A DNA stretch of 64,000 nucleotides from Candidatus Hydrothermus pacificus (GCA_002011615.1 MTOH01000002.1:207526-271525); one strand, 5' to 3'; shown: positions 1 through 9,388, numbered from the stretch's first letter. The notes: a model not told the origin generated them from the letters alone. A program made the numbers and translations.

Positions 1-3
1 GAG

Positions 4-894
4 ATGCTCTTTGAGGTTATTGAAGAACACGGCAGGTCAGGGGTTGATTTTATAACGGTTCATGTGGGTATAACTCTTGAGTCTATAAAAAGACTCAGAA
101 ATCAGAGAAGAACCACAGGGATAGTTTCAAGAGGTGGAGGCCTTTTAGCAGTATGGATGCTTCATCATGGCAGGGAAAACCCTCTTTATGAAGAGTTTGA
201 TAGACTTCTTGAAATAGCAAGAGAATACGATATGACTCTGAGTCTTGGAGATGCATTGAGACCAGGAAGCATTCTTGATGCAACGGATAGACCACAGATA
301 GAGGAGTTAATTCTTCTCGGTGAACTTGTTGAAAGGGCGAGAAAAGCAGGGGTTCAGGTAATGGTGGAAGGTCCGGGACATATTCCAATAAATGAGATAA
401 AGACAAATGTGGAAATGGAGAAAAAATTCTGTAAGAATGCACCCTTTTATGTTCTGGGTCCTTTACCCTGTGATACAGGGGCGGGTTTTGACCATATTGT
501 CGGGGCAATAGGTGGTGCCCTTTCTGCAAGTTACGGGGTTGATTTTCTATGTTATGTGACGCCAGCAGAACATCTGGGACTTCCCACACCCGAACATGTT
601 AAACAGGGAGTTATTGTCTCAAAAATTGCAGGTCATATCGGAGACCTTGCAAAGGGAATAAAATCAGCATGGGAGCAGAACAGAAAAATTTCAGAGGCAA
701 GATACAGGCTCGATTGGGACGAGCAATTTAGACACATGCTTTTTCCTGAAGAGGCAAGAAAATTGTATGAACAGAGAAGGTCAGAAACGAGTGCATGTTC
801 AATGTGTGGTCCTTTCTGTCCTATGAATTTATTTGAAAAATATGTAGAAGAAAAACTTGATGAAGTTATAAAAGTTAAAAGGGAGGGTGTATGA
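4..894 (+). CDS. thiC: Phosphomethylpyrimidine synthase ThiC, C-terminal part (5' end lies outside the window)
   Basis: Translation matches the ThiC C-terminal half, including the C-terminal CX2CX4C cluster (CSMCGPFC). No start codon in window; frame is open to the left edge. Confidence 0.9.
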   Translation: MLFEVIEEHGRSGVDFITVHVGITLESIKRLRNQRRTTGIVSRGGGLLAVWMLHHGRENPLYEEFDRLLEIAREYDMTLSLGDALRPGSILDATDRPQIEELILLGELVERARKAGVQVMVEGPGHIPINEIKTNVEMEKKFCKNAPFYVLGPLPCDTGAGFDHIVGAIGGALSASYGVDFLCYVTPAEHLGLPTPEHVKQGVIVSKIAGHIGDLAKGIKSAWEQNRKISEARYRLDWDEQFRHMLFPEEARKLYEQRRSETSACSMCGPFCPMNLFEKYVEEKLDEVIKVKREGV

Positions 895-1487
895 AACAGG
901 TCGAGATGCCTGAGTATAAAGTTTATGACAGGGTGGTGCTAAAGAAACAAGAAACTGCCCTTGTGATAGTTGATATGCAGAACGACTTTGCCCATCCTGA
1001 TGGGAGACTTTTTGTTGCGGGTTCAAGAAAGACAATCCCCTTTATACAGGAACTCCTCAAAAAAGCGAGACAGAAGGATATGAAGGTGTTCTTTACACAG
1101 GACTGGCATACAAAATATGACCCTGAATTCAAAATATGGGGAGAACATGCGGTTGCAGGGACATGGGGTTCTGAAATAATTGAGGACCTGAAACCTCTTG
1201 AAAACGAGTTTTCAATCAGGAAACTGAGATACGACGCCTTTTTTGGAACGCCATTTGACCTGTATCTTAGAGCCTTTAATATAAAGAACCTCATAATTAC
1301 CGGTACAGTTGCGAATATATGTGTTCTTCACACAGCCGGAAGCGCGGTTCTTCTGGGGTATGAGATAGTTGTTCCTGTTGACGCTGTTTCTGCTCTTACA
1401 GTATTTGATTGTGAATCTGCATTCAGACAGATAGATTTTCTTTATAAGGGAAAACTTGTAAAGACAGAGGGAATAGAGATAGAGTGA
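891..1487 (+). CDS. Isochorismatase-family cysteine hydrolase, embedded in the thiamine operon
   Basis: 198 aa with isochorismatase/nicotinamidase-like motifs (VDMQNDF, conserved Cys in TGTVANICV). ATGA overlap with thiC stop and GTGA overlap with thiD start. Confidence 0.75.
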   Translation: MKQVEMPEYKVYDRVVLKKQETALVIVDMQNDFAHPDGRLFVAGSRKTIPFIQELLKKARQKDMKVFFTQDWHTKYDPEFKIWGEHAVAGTWGSEIIEDLKPLENEFSIRKLRYDAFFGTPFDLYLRAFNIKNLIITGTVANICVLHTAGSAVLLGYEIVVPVDAVSALTVFDCESAFRQIDFLYKGKLVKTEGIEIE

Positions 1488-2275
1488 GAGTTGCAAAGGT
1501 TCTGGTAATTGCTGGTTCTGATTCGGGTGGTGGTGCCGGAATACAGGCTGATATAAAAACCCTTAATTCAATCGGTGTTTTCGCAATGACAGCGATAACA
1601 TCATTGACCGCTCAGAATACGCAGGGGGTTTCTGGAATACTTGATGTTCCGGGCAAATTCTTAAAAAAACAGATTCAAACTGTCATGGAAGATATAGGTG
1701 CTGATGCAGTGAAAACAGGAATGCTTTCAAACAGGGATATAATAGAAGTTGTGGTGGAGGGAGTTAAGAAATACAGGATAAAAAATCTTGTTGTTGACCC
1801 TGTGATGAAATCACAAACCGGATATGATTTAATAAAAACTGATGCAAAAAGAGTTCTGGTTGAAAGACTTTTACCTTTTGCTCTCATTGTGACACCCAAC
1901 AGGCTTGAGGCAGAAGAACTTGCCAGTATGGAAATTAGAAATAAAAGGGATATAAAAAAGGCAATGAAGAGGATAAAAGAAAAAGGGCCCGAATGGGTTT
2001 TGATTAAAGGCGGACATTTTAAAGATGATTATGCTGTTGATTATCTTTACGATGGAGATAAAATTTATAAAATAAAGTCAGAGAGGGTGGATACAGAAAA
2101 TACTCACGGTTCAGGGTGCACATATGCATCCGCAATTGCAGGCTATCTTGCAAAGGGTTTTGATGTTCTGACAGCGGTCAGAAAAGCAAAAAGATTTATT
2201 TATGGTGCAATAAAAAATTCCCTTTCCATAGGGAAGAGAAAAGGACCGGTTAATCATTTCTGGAAAGTGAGGTAA
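1484..2275 (+). CDS. thiD: Hydroxymethylpyrimidine/phosphomethylpyrimidine kinase ThiD
   Basis: 263 aa; N-terminal VLVIAGSDSGGGAGIQADIKT and C-terminal HGSGCTYASAIA motifs typical of ThiD. GTG start overlapping the upstream stop. Confidence 0.9.
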   Translation: MRVAKVLVIAGSDSGGGAGIQADIKTLNSIGVFAMTAITSLTAQNTQGVSGILDVPGKFLKKQIQTVMEDIGADAVKTGMLSNRDIIEVVVEGVKKYRIKNLVVDPVMKSQTGYDLIKTDAKRVLVERLLPFALIVTPNRLEAEELASMEIRNKRDIKKAMKRIKEKGPEWVLIKGGHFKDDYAVDYLYDGDKIYKIKSERVDTENTHGSGCTYASAIAGYLAKGFDVLTAVRKAKRFIYGAIKNSLSIGKRKGPVNHFWKVR

Positions 2276-2365
2276 AAAGGTGAAAACAAGGAACATAAAC
2301 CTTAAATTTTTAAAATTTTATGCAGTAAAATATCCCGAAAAACTCGGGAGGAAAGGAGAGTTAAA

Positions 2366-3172
2366 ATGAAATTTGCAAAAAAAGGAGAAAGTGAAGTTAC
2401 AAGGGCAATTGTTAGGGGTTTTTTACAAACCCTTGAAGGTGTGATTAAATCAGATGTGATCATCATAGGTGGTGGACCTGCCGGACTTACCTGTGCAAGG
2501 GAGCTTGCCAGAAAAAATGTTAATGTGCTTGTGGTGGAGAGGAATAACTATCTCGGAGGCGGTTTCTGGCTTGGTGGGTATTTCATGAATAAAGTTACTT
2601 TCAGAGCACCCTCTCAGGAATATCTTGATGAGATAGGAGTGAAGTATGAGAAAGTAGATGAAGGACTCTTTGCCTGTGATGGTGCACAGGCATGCTCGAA
2701 ACTTATTGCAGCAGCATCTGATGCAGGTGCAAAGTTTCTTCAACTTACAGATTTTGATGATGTGGTTATAAGAGAGGAAAATGGAAACTTAAAAGTTGCA
2801 GGTGTTGTTGTAAACTGGTCTGCAATAAAAGGGCTTCCAAGACAGATCACCTGTGTTGACCCTGTTGCACTTGAATCAAATTTTGTTGTGGATGCTACAG
2901 GACATGATGCCTTTGTGGTGAAGTCTCTTGAAAAAAGAGGATACATAAAGACCAAGGGTATGGGAGCAATGTGGGTTGAAGCTTCAGAAGATGCTATAGT
3001 TGAACATACAGGAGAGGTGTTTCCCGGGCTGATTGTTACAGGGATGTCTGTCTCAGAAACCTTTGGACTTCCCAGAATGGGACCCACTTTCGGAGCAATG
3101 CTACTTTCAGGCAAAAAAGCAGCAGAGATTATATTAGATAAGTTGCAGGAGAAAGTGAAAAGTAAAAAGTAA
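2366..3172 (+). CDS. thi4: Thi4-family thiazole synthase, apparently sulfide-dependent type
   Basis: 268 aa; FAD-binding GGGPAG motif and active-site VVDATGHDA (Thr where yeast THI4 has the sacrificial Cys, as in archaeal Thi4). SD GGAGAG upstream. Confidence 0.85.
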   Translation: MKFAKKGESEVTRAIVRGFLQTLEGVIKSDVIIIGGGPAGLTCARELARKNVNVLVVERNNYLGGGFWLGGYFMNKVTFRAPSQEYLDEIGVKYEKVDEGLFACDGAQACSKLIAAASDAGAKFLQLTDFDDVVIREENGNLKVAGVVVNWSAIKGLPRQITCVDPVALESNFVVDATGHDAFVVKSLEKRGYIKTKGMGAMWVEASEDAIVEHTGEVFPGLIVTGMSVSETFGLPRMGPTFGAMLLSGKKAAEIILDKLQEKVKSKK

Positions 3173-3294
3173 GAGCAAAAAATTCAGATTTTAGAATGCA
3201 GAATTGTCTTGCCTCTGGCTTTTTTCTCACTTTTTCGTTTGCTTATATTTATAAACGCAATAAGCCATAATCCATACGCCATAAGCTATACGCC

Positions 3295-3312
3295 AAGTCC
3301 CGAAGGGACTTC
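3295..3312. terminator. Candidate bidirectional stem-loop between convergent genes
   Basis: aagtccc-gaag-gggactt: perfect 7-bp stem with a GAAG tetraloop in the thi4 / 3337-3948 convergent gap. U-tract is weak on both strands. Confidence 0.3.
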
Positions 3313-3336
3313 TGCAATAATTTTGAGTTCTGTGAT

Positions 3337-3948
3337 TTATTTTTTTCTCAACATAAAGCCGTCTTCTGTTACATAGAGATAAAAGGGTTTATTGTCCGGA
3401 TACTGGAATATACCCTGTCCAAAAACCGCATCCACAAAAAATATTTTCTGCCCGTGTTTCATAATAAGTTGCGTTAAGAAGTCTTCTTCTGCCAGTTGAT
3501 ACGAGGTGGGTGAAACATTTTCAACAGAGGAGTATCTTCCTTTTAATCTTGTAATTTTATAGGCTGTATGGATTCCAAGAAATTCAAGGTATGTTTTCCA
3601 TTTTACAACAACCCCCTGTATTTCCCAGTTCTCTCCTATTATTACATAAAAAAAATTTTTAGAAGGCTCTCTGCTGTATTCCAGCGTAACCATCATTGTA
3701 TCCTTTGTAATCTCCTTAGCGTATATTTTTGCAACAAGGTCCTCTCTTGTGAGAATCTGATATGTTTTAAGACTTTGAAAGAAGAATAAAAGCATAAATG
3801 CCAGCATCAGAGAAATCAGAGAACTTAAAGAAAGCAGTATCCCCTTTACTATTTTTAGTTTTCTGAATTCTAAAAAGGCATATATAAGAAGTAATAAAAA
3901 TAAAAGGAACAGAAAAACTGAAATAAAAAGCAAAGGGTATACATTCAC
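3337..3948 (-). CDS. Hypothetical membrane-anchored protein
   Basis: 203 aa; two strongly hydrophobic N-terminal segments then a soluble domain with no motif I recognise. Confidence 0.5.
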   Translation of the reverse strand: MNVYPLLFISVFLFLLFLLLLIYAFLEFRKLKIVKGILLSLSSLISLMLAFMLLFFFQSLKTYQILTREDLVAKIYAKEITKDTMMVTLEYSREPSKNFFYVIIGENWEIQGVVVKWKTYLEFLGIHTAYKITRLKGRYSSVENVSPTSYQLAEEDFLTQLIMKHGQKIFFVDAVFGQGIFQYPDNKPFYLYVTEDGFMLRKK

Positions 3949-4001
3949 TTTTAAATTTTAAAGTAAAATTATCATAAAGATAAAATCAACCAGGGGAATT
4001 A

Positions 4002-5492
4002 TCATATCTTAATTCTTATGCCGATGTTATATGCTGCAGTTTTTAATGGATTTAATGAAAGCTTACCCTCTCCTCCTATTTCTTTTATAGATGATAAAAC
4101 TCCTGCTAATGGAGTAGTCCTTGCTCCAAGATATAAATCCAGAGGTCCTGCGCTTATATTTCCACCCATACCGACCGTAATTGTTGGTGGGGTGAATAAG
4201 AAAAAGTCTTCGTATTTTAAATATCTCCATGAGAATACGCTTCCTGTTCTTAAACCAACAGGTCCGAATCCAAATCCCATCATTGTTACAAAATAGGCTT
4301 TACCGAACGCGTATTTACCCGAGGGGATATCAATACCTCCCGAAAGGTTCAGGTTCATAAGCATGAGATTCAGGTTAACACCTGCTTTTAATCCTATGAT
4401 TCCGGGTAAGTTCAATGAACTTTTAAGTATTTCATGTTCTCTTTGAGAATAGACGAATTTAAGTGTATCTATGATTATATTTCCATCTATGGTTCTTAAA
4501 GATGTATCAACCGAAATTTGAGTTGTATCAAGCACATAATCTGAAACCCCTTCTATAAATCTATATGTTCCTGTTATTCCGCCACTTAATTTAAAGGGAA
4601 AAGAGTATTCAAGGGAAACTCCTGCTTTTAAAAGAGGTGTCTTTGCAAGAAAACCTGTTATAAACCCTATCTGTGTTCCTGAGAAGTTTCCCCTTATTAC
4701 ATCAGAAAATATCTCATTGTCAAAATTGCCGTTTGCATTAAGATTTATGCTCCAGTCTCTGCCCTGATTATCCTGTGCTGTTGTATCAAATTCAAGACTT
4801 AAATTATCGGTTCTGCCATTTATTGAGTATCTCAGATTTACATCACCACTGTATCTTTTTATGTTAAATCCAAATCCCAGTGCAACAGGCCCCAGACCTT
4901 TTGCAAGTCCAAAGAAAACAGGATAGGTTTTAGCATTTAATCCACCTGTCCCATCTACAGGGAAATCAATATTCCCGTTTAATTTAAAAGTTACAGGAAT
5001 GTATGTTCCTGCAGGAATATCAGGAATATCATCATGAGAAAGTGTATCTTTTACTTCAAAGGATATGTTCTGGTTTATTATTTCTGAAACCAGAAGGTCT
5101 GCCCCATATTCGTCGTCCCTTGAATAAGAAATTCCAGCATCAAAAACATATAGTTTTGCTTTTGCACCAATAAAATCAAAACCGCCTCTGTCTTCAAGGT
5201 TTAACTCAAAAGGAATTTTTATTTCAGGAATTTCTGTCCCTGCAATTGAGTCTATTCCAAAGGGTAAATCAAAATCTATTTTTGATCTGCCTGTTGTGCT
5301 ATAAAAACTCGCAAATTCGTATTTTGAACCAAAATGAAGTGCTGCAGGATTATAACTTGCTCCTATTATTCCATCTCCTTTTGAAACATCAAGAAACCCG
5401 GGATGGAGAAAGTAAAGAGCATTTAAAGGATTGGAATAATAAAAGGTGAAATTGGTCTGAGAAAAAAAATAAAGCATTAAAATTTTTACCAC
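4002..5492 (-). CDS. Putative outer-membrane beta-barrel protein
   Basis: 496 aa; N-terminal signal-like segment, Gly/aromatic-rich alternating beta-strand pattern throughout, no catalytic motif recognised. Confidence 0.5.
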   Translation of the reverse strand: MVKILMLYFFSQTNFTFYYSNPLNALYFLHPGFLDVSKGDGIIGASYNPAALHFGSKYEFASFYSTTGRSKIDFDLPFGIDSIAGTEIPEIKIPFELNLEDRGGFDFIGAKAKLYVFDAGISYSRDDEYGADLLVSEIINQNISFEVKDTLSHDDIPDIPAGTYIPVTFKLNGNIDFPVDGTGGLNAKTYPVFFGLAKGLGPVALGFGFNIKRYSGDVNLRYSINGRTDNLSLEFDTTAQDNQGRDWSINLNANGNFDNEIFSDVIRGNFSGTQIGFITGFLAKTPLLKAGVSLEYSFPFKLSGGITGTYRFIEGVSDYVLDTTQISVDTSLRTIDGNIIIDTLKFVYSQREHEILKSSLNLPGIIGLKAGVNLNLMLMNLNLSGGIDIPSGKYAFGKAYFVTMMGFGFGPVGLRTGSVFSWRYLKYEDFFLFTPPTITVGMGGNISAGPLDLYLGARTTPLAGVLSSIKEIGGEGKLSLNPLKTAAYNIGIRIKI

Positions 5493-5524
5493 CTTGGCCT
5501 CCTTTTTTGTTATTAATTATAAGG

Positions 5525-5989
5525 TTAAACGATTTCAGGGGTGAAAAACCACTTTATTTTGAAATTTACTTTTTCTTTTGAAATCGCAATACAGCATGAG
5601 TATCTGAATTTTGCGATTTCTATTTCAGGATTTTCTGTTAAAAGTAAAGATAAAAGTTTTGAAAGGTGAGGAAGGTGACCCACAAGCATCACGGATGTGT
5701 CTTCTTTTTTTAATTTATCTGCCCAGATTGTTGGGTTATCAAGAGGAGCAAGATTATCACCCTGTAGAACTCCTTTTTCTGGTTTTAAATATTCAGCATA
5801 TATTTCAGCAGTCTGTTTTGCCCTTGTTTTTCCGCTGTGAATTATTACATCGGGTTTTACCCCTTTTTCTGAAAGGTGATGGGCAACTTTTTTGCTTTCT
5901 TCTATCCCTTTTTCTGTAAGAGGCCTTTCAGGGTGTTCTTCTTTACTCTTTGCCTCTCCATGCTGGACAAGATAAAAGATTGTTTGCAT
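5525..5989 (-). CDS. sixA: Histidine phosphatase superfamily protein, SixA-like
   Basis: 154 aa; N-terminal LVQHGEA (RHG-type motif with Gln in place of Arg), conserved Arg in SGKTRAKQT and His in VGHLPH. Confidence 0.65.
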   Translation of the reverse strand: MQTIFYLVQHGEAKSKEEHPERPLTEKGIEESKKVAHHLSEKGVKPDVIIHSGKTRAKQTAEIYAEYLKPEKGVLQGDNLAPLDNPTIWADKLKKEDTSVMLVGHLPHLSKLLSLLLTENPEIEIAKFRYSCCIAISKEKVNFKIKWFFTPEIV

Positions 5990-6064
5990 AATTCACCTTT
6001 CTTTTAAAGTTTTAAAATTATCAAGAAATTGATTTTTAAATTCGTTTATTAGATGGTTTTATTT

Positions 6065-6529
6065 TTAAAACTCAAAGGTCATTCCACCTGAAACTGTTCC
6101 TCCGTATACCCATGCACCCTTTCCTTCGCCCATATCAGGAACAACATATTTGATTTCAAACCCGGCAGAGGCTTTCTCAAGGTCAAGTTTGAAACCTGCA
6201 AATACCTGATAACCAAGTGAAGATTTATTTACTCCACCACCTGTTAAAAGGTAATATCCAAGACCACCTCCGAGATAAGGAGCAAATTTACTTGTATATT
6301 TTAAGGGATAAAATAAAGCCTCAAAAGGAATATCAAACTGATTGACACCTCCATCCAGCCCTACCCACTCAATTCCTGTTCTTGCACCGAAGTATTCAAG
6401 ATAGTCATAATTAACATATACACCAGCAGATGGATAATTTTTCCCATTTGAGTGGTATAGCGAACCTTTTATCTCTACCCTCATTTTACCGGGACCCAGT
6501 GTCAGTAAAAGTGTTAAAATTACACTCAT
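6065..6529 (-). CDS. Small outer-membrane beta-barrel protein
   Basis: 154 aa; signal peptide, Gly/Tyr-rich beta-strand pattern, C-terminal aromatic (..MTFEF). Confidence 0.5.
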   Translation of the reverse strand: MSVILTLLLTLGPGKMRVEIKGSLYHSNGKNYPSAGVYVNYDYLEYFGARTGIEWVGLDGGVNQFDIPFEALFYPLKYTSKFAPYLGGGLGYYLLTGGGVNKSSLGYQVFAGFKLDLEKASAGFEIKYVVPDMGEGKGAWVYGGTVSGGMTFEF

Positions 6530-6560
6530 CTTTTAACCTCCCTTTTAAGTGTTATAGTAA

Positions 6561-7814
6561 TTATTCCCAGCGTTCTTTTTTATACTTTTCCAGAACATCT
6601 AAAACATAATCAATGTCATCAGGTGTATGGTCTGCATTCACCTGAAATCTTATTGTTTCATCTCCTTTTGGAACAACAGGGTAGTTTAACCCTGTTGCAA
6701 GAACACCGTTTTCTATTAAATACTCTACCAAATCTTTTGTCCTTTTTGTATCCCTTACAAGAACAGGGACAATGGGATGTTCGCTCACAATCGTTTCATA
6801 GCCAAGTTTTATAAGTCCATCCTTGAATCTCTTTGTTAAATTTCTTAAGTAATCAAGTCTTTTTCTGCCTTCATCAGAATTCAGAAACTCAACCACTTTT
6901 AGAGCACATGCTGCCTCCGCAGGTGTGATGGGATTTGAATAAACATAGGTAATCGCTGTTTCCCTTAAATATGTGGTAACTGTTCTGTCTGATACAACAT
7001 AACCTCCGTTCACACCAAATGCTTTTCCAAGTGTTCCTATGAGCAGGTCAACCTTTGTGCCTGTGTATTCTTCTGTTCCTCTTCCTGTTTTTCCAAATGC
7101 ACCTACCCCATGAGAATCATCCACAATGGTAACTATATTTTCTTCAAAATTTTCATCGTATTTATCTGCTATTTCCTGTATTTCCTTTAAAGGAGCATAA
7201 TCCCCTCTCATACTAAAAATACCGTCCGTGACTATTATAGCCCTTTTGCCTTTTCCGATTGAAATTTTTATTTTTTCTTCAAGGTCATTCATATCAAGAT
7301 GTTTGAATATGTGTTTTTCTTTTGGTCTTGAGAGTCTTATTGCGTTTATTATACAGTTGTGGTTAAGTTCGTCACTTATGACAATAGTGTCTTTTGTAAT
7401 AAGGGATGCAAGCACACCTATCACAGTGACATAGGCAGCACTGTAAATCATCGCATCTTCTCTTTCGTGAAATTCTGCAAGTTTTTTTTCAAGCTGGCGA
7501 TGAGGGTCAAAAGTTCCGCTTATAAACCTAACTGCACCGGGTCCAACACCAAACTTTCTTGCTGTTTCCTCTTCAATCTTTATTATGTCTTCCACAAGGG
7601 ACATTCCGAGATAGGAGTTTGAGTTCATTCTTACAAATTCTTTGCCTTCAAAACCTTTGAGGAAATATCTTGGACCTTTTCCATTGGTTGATTTTTTAAT
7701 TCCTGTTATTATGAATTCCTTTCCTTTGGCACGACCTTCATTCCTTAAATTTTCAAGTTCTCTATCAAGAGATTGAACAAGTTTTTTAAGACCCATTTTT
7801 AAACCTCCTTTCAA
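6561..7814 (-). CDS. PLP-dependent glycine C-acetyltransferase / 8-amino-7-oxononanoate synthase family enzyme (Kbl-like)
   Basis: 417 aa; motif-level similarity to E. coli Kbl (VRFISGT, DGIFSMRGD, DDSHGVG, GTLGKAFG with PLP lysine, YPVVPKG). Confidence 0.75.
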   Translation of the reverse strand: MKGGLKMGLKKLVQSLDRELENLRNEGRAKGKEFIITGIKKSTNGKGPRYFLKGFEGKEFVRMNSNSYLGMSLVEDIIKIEEETARKFGVGPGAVRFISGTFDPHRQLEKKLAEFHEREDAMIYSAAYVTVIGVLASLITKDTIVISDELNHNCIINAIRLSRPKEKHIFKHLDMNDLEEKIKISIGKGKRAIIVTDGIFSMRGDYAPLKEIQEIADKYDENFEENIVTIVDDSHGVGAFGKTGRGTEEYTGTKVDLLIGTLGKAFGVNGGYVVSDRTVTTYLRETAITYVYSNPITPAEAACALKVVEFLNSDEGRKRLDYLRNLTKRFKDGLIKLGYETIVSEHPIVPVLVRDTKRTKDLVEYLIENGVLATGLNYPVVPKGDETIRFQVNADHTPDDIDYVLDVLEKYKKERWE

Positions 7815-7832
7815 ATAAAAATGAGAAAAATT

Positions 7833-8120
7833 TTATTCTTTACATTCACAGGGAGATGCCCCGCATTTTGAGCATACACCGGGGTATTTCTTCAGGGTGC
7901 TTTTCTCAACATCTATGCCTGATAAATTTGCAATAGAACAGAGCCATGCAAATATGTCTGCTATCTCTTCCTCCATTTTCTTTCTATCTTCTTTCTTTAT
8001 TGCTCTTGCAAGTTCTCCGATTTCTTCAACCATCCACCTGAATGTGCCATCAATTCCTCTTTTCATATCTTTGTCATAAAAAACTTCTTTGATCATCTCC
8101 TGAAATTCTGAGATTTTCAT
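7833..8120 (-). CDS. MazG-like nucleotide pyrophosphohydrolase domain protein
   Basis: 95 aa; EEIGELA...EEIADIFAWL helical MazG-type motif plus a C-terminal Cys cluster (CSKCGASPCEC). Confidence 0.55.
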   Translation of the reverse strand: MKISEFQEMIKEVFYDKDMKRGIDGTFRWMVEEIGELARAIKKEDRKKMEEEIADIFAWLCSIANLSGIDVEKSTLKKYPGVCSKCGASPCECKE

Positions 8121-9388
8121 TCTATTATTTCTATTCCATTCATATAGGGTTTTAAGACATCGGGTATGTGAATTCTTCCCTTTTCATCCTGATAATTTTC
8201 AATAATTGCTATAAAGGTTCTGGGGAGAGCAAGCCCGGAACCATTCAGTGTGTGAACAAACTCAACTTTTTTGCCTTTTTTTCTTCTGAATCTTGTCATT
8301 GTTCTTCTTGCCTGAAAATCCTCGCAGTTAGAGACAGATGATACCTCAAGCCATCTTTTTACCCCGGGTGCCCATGCCTCTATGTCATATGTTTTAGAGG
8401 CAGCGAATCCCAGGTCCCCTGTGCAAAGGGCTATTATTCTGTATGGAATGTTTAATAGCTGAAGTGCCTTTTCGGCGTCGTTTAGCATTTTTTCAAGTTC
8501 TTCATAGGATTCTTCGGGTTTTGTGAATTTGAAAAGTTCCACCTTGTTGAACTGATGAATCCGTATCATTCCCCGCACGTCCTTACCATAACTTCCTGCT
8601 TCTCTTCTAAAACAGGGTGTCCAGGACACATATTTCAGAGGTAAAATGTCTTCCTCAAGTATTTCATTTCTATGCAGGTTGGCAAGTGCCATCTCAGCGG
8701 TTGGCAGCAAGTATAGATTTTCATCTTTTGTCTTATACATTTCTATGTCAAATTTTGGAAGATGACCGCTCCCAAAAGCACCTTCGGGCTTTAAAAGAAA
8801 AGGTGGTATTACTTCCCTGTAACCATGTTTCTCTGTATGCAGATTAAGAAAAAAATTGATTAATGCTCTTTCTAAAAGAGCTCCTTTTTCTTTATAGAGC
8901 AGAAATCTTGAGCCTGAAATTTCAGAGGCTTTTTTGAATTCAAGAATCCCGAGTTTTTCTCCCAGTTCCCAGTGGGGCTTTGGCTCAAAATCAAACTCTT
9001 TTTTATCTCCCCATTCTCTTATCAGGGTATTCTCGGTCTCATCTTTTCCATAAGGCACTGATTTATGAGGAATGTTCGGGAGTTCAAGAAGTTTTTGTTC
9101 AAGTAGCCTGTCCTTTTCAGAGTGTTCTTTTTCAAATTTTTCAATTTCCTGACTTATTTTTTTTCCCTGTTCAATTAAATCCTTTGCGTCTTCCCCCTTC
9201 CTTTTTCTTTCGCCCACCTCTTTTGCAATTTCATTTTTCCTGGACCTCAAATCATCAAGTTTCTTTTTCAATATTCTTGTCTGTTCATCAAGCTGAAAAA
9301 GGCTTTCTATATCAAATTTATAATTTCTTTTTTTAAGAGTGGAAATTAATATTTCTTTTTTTTCCCTTAAATATTCCTTTGAAATCAT
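8117..9388 (-). CDS. serS: Seryl-tRNA synthetase
   Basis: 423 aa; N-terminal coiled-coil arm and class II aaRS core motifs typical of SerS. Confidence 0.9.
   Translation of the reverse strand: MISKEYLREKKEILISTLKKRNYKFDIESLFQLDEQTRILKKKLDDLRSRKNEIAKEVGERKRKGEDAKDLIEQGKKISQEIEKFEKEHSEKDRLLEQKLLELPNIPHKSVPYGKDETENTLIREWGDKKEFDFEPKPHWELGEKLGILEFKKASEISGSRFLLYKEKGALLERALINFFLNLHTEKHGYREVIPPFLLKPEGAFGSGHLPKFDIEMYKTKDENLYLLPTAEMALANLHRNEILEEDILPLKYVSWTPCFRREAGSYGKDVRGMIRIHQFNKVELFKFTKPEESYEELEKMLNDAEKALQLLNIPYRIIALCTGDLGFAASKTYDIEAWAPGVKRWLEVSSVSNCEDFQARRTMTRFRRKKGKKVEFVHTLNGSGLALPRTFIAIIENYQDEKGRIHIPDVLKPYMNGIEIIE

Noticed and set aside
95-589. Minus-strand ORF (164 aa) inside thiC; likewise 923-1294, 1212-1496, 2450-3114, 35238-36002, 36891-37268, 56969-57913 and other antisense ORFs in the track
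   Set aside because: They lie antisense to genes with strong motif-level support (thiC, thiD, thi4, tuf, rpsJ, rplD, the CPA2 antiporter) and show low-complexity or Ser/Thr-rich translations typical of shadow ORFs, with no SD or family signature.
2276-2365. Possible TPP riboswitch upstream of thi4 (and upstream of thiE/18498 at 18336-18497)
   Set aside because: The leaders are short (about 90 and 160 nt) and I could not find the conserved THI-box elements (CUGAGA, the pyrimidine-sensing helix). A covariance-model search would be needed to be sure.
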